Assembly (NCBI GenBank): GCA_028534125.1
Contig: CM052817.1
Location: 36,768,001-36,832,000 of the forward strand
DNA: 64,000 bases
Direction: 5' to 3'
DNA from: Lama glama
Taxonomy: Eukaryota
Of this stretch, positions 24,720-39,115 are shown piece by piece. The number at the start of each line of letters is the position of its first letter. The first letter of the stretch is position 1. The position numbers and the translations under genes were made by a program. Below the pieces are notes generated by a model. It did no database searches. It was not told the DNA's origin and saw nothing but the letters and a program-made list of their open reading frames with translations.

Positions 24720-27700
24720 TATATATTTTATTTTTTCACTCAACATAATTCTCGAGATTGTTGCATGTATCAGTAGCTAGTTCTTTTTATTGCTGAATAG
24801 TATTCCACGATATTGAGGCACTGTAGTTGGTTAGCCATTCACCTATTGAAAGATATCTGAATTATTTCCAGTTTTGGGTTATTACGAATAAGACTGCAAT
24901 AAATATTTGTTCAGGTTTTTGTGTAAACATAAATGAACATAAATATGTTTATGAATTACATTCAAAAATTATGAATGTAATTGTTACATTGTTTAGTAGT
25001 TGTATGTTTAGCTAGCTATGTAGTAAGGCTTTATGCATTTTCAAAATTGTTTCATATAAATTAAATATAAATATTATCTATACTATGAAAAACCTGACTG
25101 GGATTTGTTTAGGAATTGCATTATACCTGTATATAAATTTAGTCTTTTGAGCCATGAACACAGTACCTCTTTTCATTCATTTAGAGCCTCTTTGATTTCT
25201 TTCATTAACATTGTGTAATTTCAGCATTAAAGTCCTGTACACTTTGTTAGATTTACACCTAAATACTTCTTTTTGAGCAACTGAAAATGGCATTGTATTT
25301 TTAATTTCAGTGTCTTATGTATCCATTGCTAGTACATAGAAACACAACTGACTTTTTAAATGTTGCTCTTGTATTGTGCAACCTTGCTGAGCTCATGTAT
25401 TAGTTCTAGGATTTTTGTAGAATCTTTGGAATTTTCTACACAAAAAAATATGTCATCTGTGAATTAGGACAGTTTTATTTCTTCTTTTCTGGTCTTTAAG
25501 TCTTTTATTTCTTGCCTTATTTATTTTCCTTAGTCCCATGACTTAGTCTCATGAGTAAATTCCCGTCATTATGTTGAATAAGAGTGGTGACAGCAGATAT
25601 CCTTGCCTTGTTCCCCATCTTAGGAAGAAAGTGTTCTCTTTCATCACTAAATATAATATGAACTCTAAGTTTTTTATAGATGCTCTTTCTCAAGTTGATG
25701 AAATTCTCCCTCTATTTCTATTTTCTAACAGTTTTTTTTTATCATGAATGGGCATTGAATTTTGTTAATTACTTTATCTGCATCAATTGATATGGTCATA
25801 TGGTTTTTCTTCTTCAGCCTATAAATAGGTAGATTGAAATGATGATTTTCAAATATTGAACAAGACTTGTATCCCTGGAATAAGCCTACTTTTTCATTTA
25901 TGTATGTGTGTGTATATATAAATGATATATGATATATGATAAATGATGTATGTAATAAATGAATATAAATTCTATTTTCTAAATTCTATTTTCAGAATAT
26001 ATTGTTAAAGATTTTAAATCAATATTCATGAGGGATTATGGTATCAGGGTAATACCAGCTTCATACAATGAATTAGGAAACATTCTCTCCTCTTCTGTTT
26101 TCTAGAGAAAATTGTGTAGAATTGGTGTTAATTCTTTTTTAAATGTTGGGTAGAATTTCTGCAGTGAGACCATAATTACTGCTTCACACATCAAACATCA
26201 TTTAGAAATTTATGAGGGGACTGTAAGGTTATTATATTTATCCATATTTTGCTTACTGGATTCTTTCTTCTTTCCTGATATTCCAAGATTCCTTCTTTTA
26301 TTGTTCCCTTTCTGTTTAGAGGACTTCCTTGACTCATTAATTTAGCATATGTCTTCTGGCAACAAATTCTCTTAGTGTTCTTTCTTCTGAGAAGATCTTG
26401 ATTTCCTTTTTATTCCTGAAGGATATTTTCACTGGATATAGGAATTTGGGTTGACAGTTATTTTCTGTCAAGACTTGAAAAATACTGTGCCACTTTCTTT
26501 TGGCCCCATGATTTCTGATGAGGAATCATCTGCCCCTAGAGTTGTTCTTCTCATATATAAAGAAAAAGTGTCTTTTCTCTCTGGCTGCTTTCAAGATTTT
26601 TCTCTTTGTCTTTAGTTTCCAAAAGTTTAATTATGATATACCTTGGCATGGATTCAGCTTTTGAATCTGTAGGTTTATGCATTTTGCCAAGTTTGGGAAT
26701 TTTCCAGCCATTATTTCTATAAGTACTTTTTAAGTTTGGTTTCTTTCTCCTCTCCTTCTGGGACACAGATGACACAAATGTTAGTTCTTTTGGTGTAGTT
26801 GCATTGTTCTCTGAGGCTTTATGTATTTATTTTTTCATTTTCCTTCTGTTATTCAAAATGAGTAATTTATATTGTTTCATCTTCCAATTCTTTTGTTTCC
26901 TCCATTTTATTTTTGAGCCCATTCACTGAAGTTTCTGTTCTTTTTTCAATTTGGGTTTTTGTACTTTTCACTTCTAAATTTTCATTTAGTTCTTTTTTTA
27001 TTTTTTACTGAGGTTTTCTATTTTTTCATTTGTTTCAGTTGTGCTGGTAATTGATCATTGAAACATTTTTATTATGGCTGCTTTAAAACCTCTGTCAGGT
27101 AATTCTAACATCCCCATCATCTTGGTGTTAGTATCAATTGTCTTTCTGCATTAAGTTTGAGATCTTCCTGTTTCTTGGTAGAATGAGTGATTTCTTAATT
27201 GAAAACTGGACATTTTCATGTTATATTATGAGACTCTGGGTCTTTTTCAAGCCTTCTGTTTTGATTGGCTTTTTTGGAGAGTTATTTTGCTTTTTTCTCC
27301 CCCCCTAGTAGAGGACATTTTTGCCCATTACTGCCAGGTAAAGTTAGGAGCCCAGGTTCCCCACGTGGCTTCCATTAGAATGTATGTACATATATGCGTT
27401 GTAAGGTGTTGGGTTCCTCTTTATGGTTGGGCAGTTCTGGTTTCCCACACGTTCTCCAGCAACCCCCATGAGTGGGTGGCACCATTACCGTTGGGCAGTG
27501 GTGAAAGTCTTGATTCTCCACTAGGTTTCCTCGGGTGTCTCCTTAGCTGGGTGGGGATAGAAATCCAGACTCTCCACAGAGTCCCCATCGACATCATGGG
27601 AAGGGGTGCATAGGGGCTCTTCACGGGCCAATGGGGATGAACGCCCTGGCTCCCTACTTGACCTCTGGCACCACCCTGGTGGCGGGATTAGTGTTCCTTG

Positions 27701-28140
27701 TTACAGCCTATCAAGGGTGGGAACCTAGGCTTCCTGCTGTCTTCGCTGGAGTGGGAAGAAGTTGGGGCATCTGTTCTTTTGTGGTGTTTGAGTAGAGTGG
27801 TTATTGTCTAAAAGTCTTCTGTTTTGCTAGACTGCCCCTTTCTTCATTCTTTGATTAGAGAGAGAGGGCTTTTGTTAGGGCTTATTAATCTGTTCCCACT
27901 GGCCTTTCTGGGTTGCTGGATTCTTCAGCTTTAAGTCTGGTGTATATGAGACCAAAACCAAACCAAACCAAACAAAAAAACCAGGGAACTTACCACTGTG
28001 TTGTTTCTCAGATCCCAAGGTCCCTAACCAGTCTGCCTTTCAGTCTTCTTACGTTTATCTTATATATACTGCCCAAAGTTTTCAGTTGTCCTTAGTGGGA
28101 AGAGTATGGAAAGGTATGACTATCCCATCTTCCCAGAAGA
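24720..28140 (-). mobile_element. Degraded, internally deleted old L1 (L1MC/L1MD-like) with ORF2, ORF1 and 5' region remnants
   Basis: ORF1-like remnant PRYIIIKLLETKDKEKNLESSQRE (26551-26775, minus). ORF2 antisense motifs such as tatgttgaataagagtggtga...atccttgccttgttcc. Confidence 0.8.
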
Positions 28141-31100
28141 GAACATGTTATGCATTCTTTTCAAACATAAAAGTCCCATGAAAATGTTCCAAGATATAAC
28201 TTGCTCATCTGTGCTGTCTCTTTCACTCAGTTTTTCCATAATCCAAAGTATTCCTAAAGTGATTAAGATGGAGTTTCACAAGTATAAAATGTGTCCTTAA
28301 GATGTTAATAAATCTCACAAGTAAGAGGGCAGATATGTTTAGGAAAGCTGTGCTAAACAGTTTCCTTTACTGCTGAATTTCTAAAGGTTTTTATTACATA
28401 AGTGTATACTCCAACTTTCCCAGGTAATAGATTCCTGAACAGGGAAAAAATTGATAGATTTTTATTTTAAAGGAGCAGGCAGGTAGTGGTATATAGAATA
28501 ATGTAGATAATCAAGTAAATTATAATTTAAAGAATTTTTGCATTAAGATTAAAATAATATTTTCACCCCACCCACCAAGAGGCAAAAATACATATTAAAA
28601 TGCATGAAAGAAAATAGAGACTTTAAGTCATTTTGTGGGAAGAGTCTTTCATTAAACCAGCATGTACCACTCCTGGTTACATTCCTTGACCCCATCTCTA
28701 TCTTTGGAATATCTTATTAGTTTTCAGAGATTTATAACACACTTTCTGGGCTTTACTTCCAAGACTTAATGAACCCTACATATAATTAATGAAATGGAGA
28801 CGCTGAAGGAGTGATATGATAACTAAACAGAAATTAAAGGCACATTTGAAGGTCACTCTATGTTGAATTTCAATTAAAAAACAAACAAAGAAACAGTGGA
28901 ATGTGCTCTGGTAGCCTTGTAGAGAGGCATGTTTTCAGCCTTCTGATAAACCAGTCAGCCTGGGCTGTGACTGCAATAAAGACTTGATTAATAAACAAGA
29001 TTGGTCAGAAGTAATCCAATGTATTATGAATTTGAAGGGTAATTTCTTACAGTGATATATTTGTATAGCTGGGCAAAGGAAATAATATGTTTCCTTCTTT
29101 TGGCACAAGTTTGAAGGGGTGGAGAATGCACAAAGTGGAAGAGGAAAGAGAGGACCCCTGAGGAAGGATGTGGTGAGACGGTGGAACCCAGAAATCCCAT
29201 GTGAAGGAGATGACAAATCCTACATTGTCATTGTCCACAAAAGCATCCATTTGTCTGGGCCAGAGATTACACGTTTGTGCTGGAGAGTTGTACATGCTCC
29301 TTGCTGAGTTCAAAAACATTTTGAAAGCTAAAGAGGACCGTTGGTTTCTTCCCGTAAATTACAGTTTTCATTTGGCTTATGAACCAACTTGTAAGTATGT
29401 TTTCCATACCATCTGGCTTATTCTTGTTCTTGTCTAAAATCACAGGCAGAGAGGGCTTGGAAGCCAGCCTCTGGGCATTTACTGAACATGTGGCCATTAT
29501 GTAGGAGCATTCACATTTCCTGAAGCCATCCTCTTTAATTGAATCGTAGTGGTTAGGAAGGAATATTCCAAAACATCTTAATGCAAACCTTTTCTGTTTT
29601 TATATGTTTGATTGTGGAAAATTTCAAACATATAGAAAATACAGAGGGTAGTACAGTTAACTTCCATGTGCCTCTGAACCAGCTTCAGCAATGAACAACT
29701 TTTAGCCAATCTTGTTTCTTCTATACCTCAGTCTACTTCTGCTCCCACCCAGGGCATTTTGTGGCATATCCCAGACATGACATCATTTCATTTATAAATA
29801 TTTCACTATGTACTTCTAAAAGTACTTTTTTCAAGGGGCACATGTTACTTGACTGTCTCTCTTTTGTAAGTTTAACAAGTATTGATGAGCACTGTCTAGA
29901 TCTAGTAATTTGTCAGGGTTGCAGAATGGTGATATTTATTTATTTATTTCAGTGACTTTTAATCTCCCTTTGGCAATAGGATGCCCTAGAAAAATGCTCT
30001 TCCTTCTCCCAACAAGAATCAAGGACTTAACTCATACTTCCTTAATCACTGAGAAATTCTCAGTTTTTCAGAAACCTTCAAGTACAACTTGGAATTAATG
30101 TTCATGGGCTTTTACCAACAAGTTCCTTGACATGTCTACATGGGTTTAGAATTAATGTGATGTGTTCCTGAAATAAAAGAATCAAAGTAATATATTTCTT
30201 CTTAATAATGTGGCACATTAATATTTTTAAGTCATAAGAAAAATTCATGAATTAATCAATTCAGCTAGTAAGCACCAAAACAATTTATAGATTAAGGAGT
30301 TAGGTGATTTTTTTTTAAAGTATGATTTGGCAAGATCTCTCAAAATTAAAAATGCTGAAAACCCTATTCCATTTATAAGAAATTTATCCCATAGATAATG
30401 TCCATAAATTTCAAAGGATATATGAACAAATTGTTCATTAAAGTACTACTCAGAATAAAAAATTAAAGGGAAAAACCATCAATTTCCTTTAGCAGAAGAC
30501 TGATTAAATCATTTTGTATTCATAGTAGATGATCTACTGTGACATTTTTACAAAGTATTAGGTAAATCTCCATATATTGATATGGAGTTTTCAGTCTGTG
30601 AACTCAGGGTTTGTAGCGTATGGGAAATGGAATTCTATTGCTATGAACTGTATACAATTCTATAATTTTTTTAAAAATGAAAAAATATTTTTTAATAAAA
30701 GTAAAATCTAATAAAGTAATCTATAGCTTTAGATAAGAGGGAGGAAAGGAATTTGATATGAGCTCAGTATTTCTGTACGGACATTTAATTCACACGCAGA
30801 ATCTAATAGTTGGCAATTGTTGCATCATGAGAGATAGCCTCACTTTTAATCCTGAGCATAATTAACCAACGACAATGGGCAGCAATTAGGAGCTTTAGCT
30901 CTTTGGATCGATGATTCCTGTCAGTTGGAAGGAGGTCAGAACACTGGGTTAGGGCACAATATTATGTAAGTGATAGAGGGACCGGTGAGTTCCAGCTGGA
31001 GAATGGTCAGAGATGAGATGGTGAGATTTGAGCTAGATTTCGTACTTTGAGAAGGACAGGACAGGTGAGATTGGCATTCCAGACACAGATGACAAAGATG

Positions 31101-34100
31101 CATTGGTGTGCTTGGGAAAAGGTGAGCAGACTACTTCGCTTGGTGTGAAGGGTTCATGTAAGGGAGAAGTGCAGGTATGGTTAGAAAGATCTATCTAGAC
31201 CGTGAAGCCTGGTTTGGGGGTGTGGACTTTATTCTGCGGGGAACACGAAGTCACTGAAAACTTACAGGATTTATCAGTGGAGGAGAGACTCACAAACTGC
31301 ACTGAGTCAGGAGAGTGATCGCTAATCGTATTTTTTTAAGGCTGCAGGCATGAAATCATCCTTAAGTCCATATTCGAGCAAAAAGAGAAGAGATCTCCTT
31401 TTGTGCTCTCAACCAAAATGTGCTTTTAACACCTACCTGCCAAGGGAAGACAGTGACAAGAAGGCTGTCACCTTTGGCCTTTTGCTTATTGCACTGTTTG
31501 GCTATTTTAATGAAACTTCATTCTGCCTCTCAGCACCTCTAGTTGTTGTAAATTTTCCACTGGAGCAAGGAGAGATATCAGCTGACCACTTTATTCATCA
31601 GAGTGACAGTATTAGCTTTCCACCTTCCTAATGAAATTCTCCGGTTGGCTGTGAAAATAGCAGGAAGCCAGCTATATTTAGCAAAGGAAAGCAACAAGTC
31701 TAAGCAGTGTGCAGAGAAGGGGAAAAATAGAAGCACAAAGTCTTATGATTCGTGCAACCAACAGCACTGCTTACAATTTTCCGTATTTTGTAACTGGCAA
31801 AAGCCAAGTGTTTTATTTTGCTCTTTAAACCAAAGTCAAGCCTACAAATTCGTTCACTGTTATGTCTAAATAAAATATTTTATTCATTCAAGGGGCAGAG
31901 TATTTTTAGATTTCAGAAGAATGACAGAATAATGTACTTTTTGAAATGAACCAGCCAGTAAGTATGCTCATATTCAGGACTTTCTATTTGATTAAAAACT
32001 TTTACGGTTGAGAAACTGGTGTATTAAGTATTTTCAGTTAATTTCCTGTAAGACTTCTACTCTCCCATAGTCCTGTATTAAATTGTTTCCATTTTTGTGA
32101 GTTCTAGCAACTTCCTTTGAGTTGAAAGCTTTAGATTGTGTTCACAAGACTTAATGCGACATGGAATATAAAATTTTTTCATGCTGAGAATTTTGAATCC
32201 TTAGCACCTCTAATGTAATTTTCATCACCACTCTGGAATTTCCTGAGAAGCATGCATTCTTTGTTTAAACCTACAGGGAGAGGCATGAAGGAATTTACTA
32301 ATTTATGAGATCAATTCTATTTTCACTGAAAAGTTCTTCCTTTGCCTGGGCGGAAATCTTTCTTCTAATTTCCACTTATGAGTGCTGCCCTCTATATAAA
32401 AATAGACAGTGTCTATTCCTAATACATATTCGCTTTTCAAATTTTTGAAGTTAAGTGTAATCTGACCAGAGTATGTTTAACGGACTAAGATAATTCCTAG
32501 CCTTTTAACCCAGGTTCCACCTTTGATTCATATTGAGTCTACGGTCAACTCATCTTCTAAGATTTTTAATTTAAGGGCACGGTTGTGGTACACCTGTGTG
32601 TTCAATGGCAGGAACATCTTTCTGACGTTTTATCGGGCATCTGCTTCGTGAACATGAGACCTGTAGCCCAGAGCACCTGGTCGGTTCTGCATTGTGGACC
32701 CACACGAGGCACCCACAAAAAAGGTTTGCTTAAACTTTCAAAGAGATAATGTTTCTTCTTCATTTATGATTTTACTCTGAGTCTCCAAAGTCAATTACTG
32801 AATTAAAAAAGAAAATTGAAAGGCTTTCTGTTTACTCCTGGGCCAACGAATTGTTAGTTGATTAGTTTGCCTAGCTATTAATATTTTAAAGTAAGGTTCA
32901 GAGTAATTTTAGATACATACTTATTATGTTTAACTGCAAATTATCCTCCCTAGCACTGGGTTTGTTTTTTTTCCAAATCATTTCCTCCTTGGTGGGCTGC
33001 TGTGGTTGTCAACTTCAGGAAGTCCCTGAAAGCTTGATCAAAGGAGGATAAATTGAAAAAAATCAATAAAATAATGCTTAATCACTAGTCCCATCGTCCT
33101 CATTATTCTTGTCAAGCCTCCAGATGTCACCAGGGGACAATTATTAACAGAAAATCATCTTCCTGGATAATATAAAATACAAACCTTTCTTAAAGACATA
33201 TCTACTCTTTAAAATTTCTAGCACAAAGTGAGAGCAAAATCTGGCAGAAACTATTGGAATAAATCTTGAACGTTTTCTTAGAATAGACTTAAATTATATT
33301 TGCGTACCATTGGTAATGCTAGTGTTCACTTTAATATGCAAACCTCTCACTTCCTCTGTAACTTTCTTTCAGTGTTTACATAATTATAACTGGGTGTTCT
33401 GAGCTCTCCATCAGGAAAGACTTGTGTCATATTTTAACATGTGTCTAACCCCAAGTCCTAAATACACAACTACTATATTTAAAAAGGGAGGGAATTGTGT
33501 GGCTCTTAAATGAGTGCCAGAGTGGCATCCACAGACTACAAAGTATACAATTCTTTTCCAGTTTGTAAACAATGGGAGTCATCAGAATTTTTGAAACATC
33601 CCATTGCCCTAGTATGTCCTGAGTCCAGCCAAGGGTTGAGTTCATAGTGAACTCAACATACTCCGTAACACTTTAACTGGCTCCTCCTGGCAGGGGCTTC
33701 TCCTGGCTTAGACAGAGGGTGCCAGTCTTTTTCTACAAGGACCATTGGTGTCAAGTCTTCAACTTCACTCTAGGAAGCTGTGCTGGCTCTCATGTTGTCT
33801 CAACATATCATTTAAATCATTTTGCTAATGAAGCTTACATGGATTTGTCTTGGTTGCCCAAGCAGATGTTAACTTCCTGAGCACCTTAACTCATTCAGTT
33901 CCCTACAGTTTTTAGTTTAGGTGTTCAATGAATGATAACTGATTTGACTCTTTCTGGCATTATTTGGACCAGCTTTATTTTACCATCAGTTTTAGTACAA
34001 TTATTGTACGTATAAAGTACTTTCACAAAAAACCACATTTTTGGTATAACACATTATCGTATTCTTCCTTTAAGGAGTAGCCTTGTTAGAGTTCTTAGTA

Positions 34101-34744
34101 TAGCAATATAGAGTTTGTGATCTTAAGACACTGTTTTTCACTGTTTTCCTACATTGGTTTGGAATACCGCTTCCTGATTTCGTGAGGGCAAAGCAAGTAG
34201 AGAGTACTTGTTTTCACAAGACATTTTCATTCTAAGTGGCACTTCTCAAAAACACCATGATTCTATGATTTCGGGTTCTCATATTTATTTTAAGTTACTG
34301 TTTGGGAAAAGTTCCATATTTTAGTAATGAAAACTAAGTCTTTTAAGATAAATATTGGCCATTGTTGGAGGTATGGATGCAAAGCAAAGTTACAAATAAT
34401 TTTACCCTTTCCTTACTCTGCATTCTATTTTATGTTGTCTTTTTCTTTTACATTTTACAAAAAAAAAAATCCTTTGCAAAAAAGTAGCTGGATAAGAACT
34501 TTATGATACTTGAACCTCAGCTCTGGGCTCAGTGCTGCATGCAGTAGAGGAAAAACAGCCCCAGCATAGAGAGTTAGAACACAGCCAAGGAGACGAGATT
34601 TATAGGCACATAAAAATTACTGAATGAAATAAGGGCCTAAAATTATAGAACATAATTAAGTGCACACTGAATAAAATACAAGTATTATATTTTATATTCA
34701 CATAACCTCTTTCTCCAAGTTTCTCCACGGAATTCAAGGTGCGA

Positions 34745-35000
34745 ATAATAAGAGCTGACAATTGTTAACACTTACTCTGTGCCAGATGCTGGACAAAGGG
34801 CTTTGGAGGCAGTCTTTACTGACTCCCCCACAACAGCCTTCCTAGGGCAGAATAATTATGATTCCTGTCGTAAAGGCCAGCACACAGGGGCCTACGGAAG
34901 CTACATCGCTTGCTCAGCCTCACACGGCTTAGGGCGGAGGGCCCGGATTTGGCCCCGTCTCTGAATCTGAACCAAACCCTGCAGCTGCTCTCAGCCGCTA
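34745..35000 (-). mobile_element. MIR SINE
   Basis: aataataagagctgac...cacttactctgtgccag...cacacggcttag...ggatttggccccg. Confidence 0.6.
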
Positions 35001-35133
35001 TTCTTTGTTCTCCAAACTGCAGGTCCTAGCTCAAGACTGTGTCAAGAGAACAAATTAGTGGGTAACAACTCTAATTTTAAGAAATAAAACAAAAATGAGC
35101 TAGGTATACCTCACATTAATATTGTTTTGTGAG

Positions 35134-35683
35134 TAGAAAATATTTGCAAATGATGCGACTGACAAGAAACTAAACAGTTCATAACAGCTTAGTATAAAAA
35201 ATATAAGCAACCCAATAAAAAAATGGGCAGAAGACCTAAATAGACATTTCTCCAGAGAAGACATCCAGATGGCCAACAATCACATGAAAAGATGCTTAAT
35301 ATCGCTAATTATTAGAGAAATGCAAATCAGAACTACAGTGGGTATCACCTCACACCAGTCAGAATGGCCATCATTAAAAAGTCTATAAATAATAAATGCT
35401 CGAGAGGATGTGGAGGAAAGGAACCCTCCTACACTGTTGGTGGGAATGTTAATTGGTGCAGCCATTATGGAAAACAGTATGGAGAGTCCTTAAAAAACTA
35501 AAAATAGACTTACCATATGATCCAGCAATCCCGCTCTTGGACATATATCTGGAGAAAGCGATAATTCAAAAAGACACATGCACCCCAATGTTTATAGCAA
35601 CACTATTTACAATAGCCAAGACATGGAAACAACCTAAATGTCCATCGACAGATGACTGGATAAAGATGTGCGATATACACACA

Positions 35684-35717
<34 letters not shown>

Positions 35718-35738
35718 GGTATATATATATATATATAC

Positions 35739-35773
<35 letters not shown>

Positions 35774-36212
35774 CATAAAGAAGAATGAAATATTTCCATT
35801 TACAGCAACATGGATGGACCTAGAAATTATCATATGAAGTGAAGTAAGTCAGACAGAGAAACACAAATATCATATATGTCACTTATATGTAAAATCTAAA
35901 CAGAAAGATACAAATTTTATTTACAAACCAGAAATTGACTCACGGACATAGAAAACAAACTGTGGTTACCAGGAAGGAAGTGGGAGAGGGATAGATTAGG
36001 AGTTTGGGATTAACAGATACACATTATGATATGTAAGATAGATAAATAGCAAGGAACTACTGCATAGCACAGGCAACTATGTTCAGTATCTTGTAATGAG
36101 CTGTAATGGAAAACAGTCTGAAAAAAATATGTATATGTATTACTGAATCATTTTGCTGTACACTTGAAGTTCACATTATAAATTACACTTCAATAAAAGT
36201 AAGACTTATAAA
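35134..36212 (+). mobile_element. 5'-truncated young L1 with perfect 16-bp TSD and internal (CA)n(TA)n
   Basis: ORF2 remnant [31 protein letters not shown]...WKQPKCPSTDDWIK. TSD aatattgttttgtgag at 35118-35133 and 36213-36228. Confidence 0.95.
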
Positions 36213-38074
36213 AATATTGTTTTGTGAGACTTCTGTGTGTGTGTATTTGTAAGTGGACTCTTTGTAAGTAAAGAGTCATGATGTGAAACAGAATGCTTGT
36301 GATGTGTTAGAGGCAAAAAATTTGAAAAGTTCTGGCACACTGTGCTGCCTTTCATGGAAATCTGAATCAGGCTCCTGGAGAAAGGAGAAACGGAGATTTA
36401 TGGGGTTGTTGTTTTTTTGTTTTTAGTTGATGGATGAAGAGGCTGGGACCAGAAGTAAGGCAGGACTACTTCATAAAATGAGAAATGTATGGAACTGGGA
36501 ATTCAGTTTGGCTTCACTGAGTGACAGCAAAAGGCAATGAACCACCCTAGAGGCTATGGGGAATGTAAAGATATTGAAAATGCTCTCCCTTCCTCCAGGT
36601 TTCCAGTCTAGAAGAACAGGTAATGTTAGTGGGGAGAGAGATGGTGGGGAAGAGGGGCATCTGAGGTATTGTGAAGAAGGAGAGCAGTTGTCACGTGAGT
36701 GACTTATTCTTTTGTGATTTTGTGGCTATTTAGAGAATGCTTTAAAAATTTCATCAAGGGAGAGAGTTAGGAAAAAAAATGTCTAAAAATTCTTCTGGAG
36801 GGAGGCAATAATAAAGAGAAGGTTGCAAAACACTGATGTAGACCAGGGTAACTGCGAATGCAAAAACCAGAGAAGAAATTTTGGGTGGGGAGAGGTTGCG
36901 AATTAAAAGGCCAGATGTAGTAGGTGCAGAAAAAATTAGAAGAGATGGATGGAAAAGAACTAATAAGTCAGTAGGCTTCCGGGAGACAATTTGGGGAGTG
37001 TGGCAAGTAAGACCTGGGGGATCTGTGGGGAGGGAAGAAATGAATGCAAGAGAAATGGGGAAAGGAGATTTAAAAATACTAATGTGCATTGGGAGTAAAA
37101 TCCCTCTGATGCTGGTCTGAAGAAGCACGTGAGGGTTAGAATTACACTTACTTAGTTTTGACTTAGTAGTGGCATCAAGAAGTCAGTTTTTTGGGATGAA
37201 TCATCTGTGCTTTTTTGATCTTACCCAAAATGCTACAAAATGCCACTATCATAGATTCTCTAGTGCCCTCCAATAACACAACTGCGAAGGCCGGATTATT
37301 TAGAAGCCATGACAATTGATTTTGTTTCTTTGATGGAGCATCTGAAGCGACTGGGTCTCACGAACCCTGGACTTTATTTGGGTCATGCAGTTTATATAAT
37401 TATCCCGGAGCCATTTAAGCTGGATGGCTGAATTCTTTAGAGCTGCCTCAAAGACATTCAGTTGTGTTTTGTGCAACTTTGAACAGCTGTCTACATGAAT
37501 GCCACCAGTCCAGGGAAGTCCAAAGACAGCATCAGAGTATCTATAAAGCAATCAGGCATCCTCAGCGTTTTCTTGTCCTTAGGAAGGAGCTGTGTCTTCC
37601 AATGGTGTCGAGAGATGATTCTTCAGAGATCTTGCTGCAAAATCAGTGTCATTCTTGGGAGATGAGTTGAAATCTACCTTGTTCCACTCACTAGCTTAAA
37701 AAGACAGGATCCTCCTTTAAATGAATCATAACAGGGTCTATTTCCCACTGCCAAGGATGTACACAAAAACACTTGTTGTATCGTGAATAAAGTCTTTTTG
37801 TTATCAGGGCAGGTTTACCACACTCCACTAAAGTGTAAGGATATTTGTTAAATGGATTATAATACAAACACCAAGTTAGACTTCTCAAAAATAGTGCCAG
37901 ACCCCAAAGGTCAGAAAGGCATCAGGCTGTTGCACTGAATTAGGAGCACAGATGTTCCAGTCCATGTGGTAAAGACTTATCCATGTTCAATTATATTAAT
38001 TGAACCACCTGAATCAATTATATTAATTAAAGGAGCAAAATATGGCTATAATTAAATGCAGTTGTGTGCTTTCA

Positions 38075-38285
38075 AAAAGTGTAGTAAGAACAATGAACAT
38101 GCGATCTAACCTTTTAACAAAACTGTTTTAAGTATAGGACGTGGTGTTTATTAACTATAGGCTGATGTCCTCTGGAATCTACTTGTCTTGGGTAACTGAA
38201 ACTTTACACCCACCAAGAACAACTCCACATTTGCCCCTGCCCTAGCCCTGGCAACCTCCAGTCTACTCTGCTTCTGTGCGTTTTT
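38075..38285 (-). mobile_element. L1MA-like 3' end fragment
   Basis: gtaagaaca.tgaacatg.gatcta, taactgaaactttacaccc, agccctggcaacc..ca.tctactctgcttctg. Confidence 0.7.
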
Positions 38286-39115
38286 CTGAGGCTATTCCAG
38301 ACGCCTCAAGTCTGCGGACTCCCTACTACCCTTAGGTTGGCACATGAGTGTTGGTAAATGAATGAGAGAGATGAGAGAAAAGGAGCCATATAGCGGTCGA
38401 GGGCAGGCAGGGACTTCCCAGACATAGTTTGGAAACAGTCCAAATTGTGTAGTTAAAAATAAATAATGGTTTTTTTTGTAAATTTCTTTTTCCCAGTTGT
38501 GCATCGTCTGATGTGATCATGACCTTGTCAGCAAGTTCTATTTTCATTGTGACTGGAAAACCTTTTACCTCATGCTCACTTGGGGGAAATTTGAGTCCTT
38601 ACTGTTAAAACTTCTTCCTTCACTAATTGGCCTTCTCCTCTGCCTGAGCAGCTTCGTGGAAAGTTCAACTCATTTGTCTAAGAGTTTCCTCCTCAGGGTC
38701 ATTCTAAAATTTCATTGTATTACATACATTTTATTTCAGGAATTGCTGTTTCCCTCACAATACTATTGGAGTAGTGACAGAAAAATTGTGTGCAAGTGGA
38801 AAGAAGACCTGATTTTTTTACAAGTGGACTTTATGATATCCTCACTTTCTCCTAATACTATCAGGTAGTCAATATCAATTAAAGTTTGCTTTGTTTTGAA
38901 ACATTTTCAAGAACTTGAGCAACTGTCTAGAAATGATTTAAGGAAACCTGTGATGTACCATAAATGGGCCTGGAAATTAATGGACTAGAAATATAGTAAC
39001 CCCTATCTGATGCTCTCACTACTTGCATGTACCAGATTGGAGTAACACTGTAAATTATCCTATTCTAGTTAGGAAGGTGCATCAGGGTTAAGATTTAAAT
39101 TTAGAATTGGCTTCA

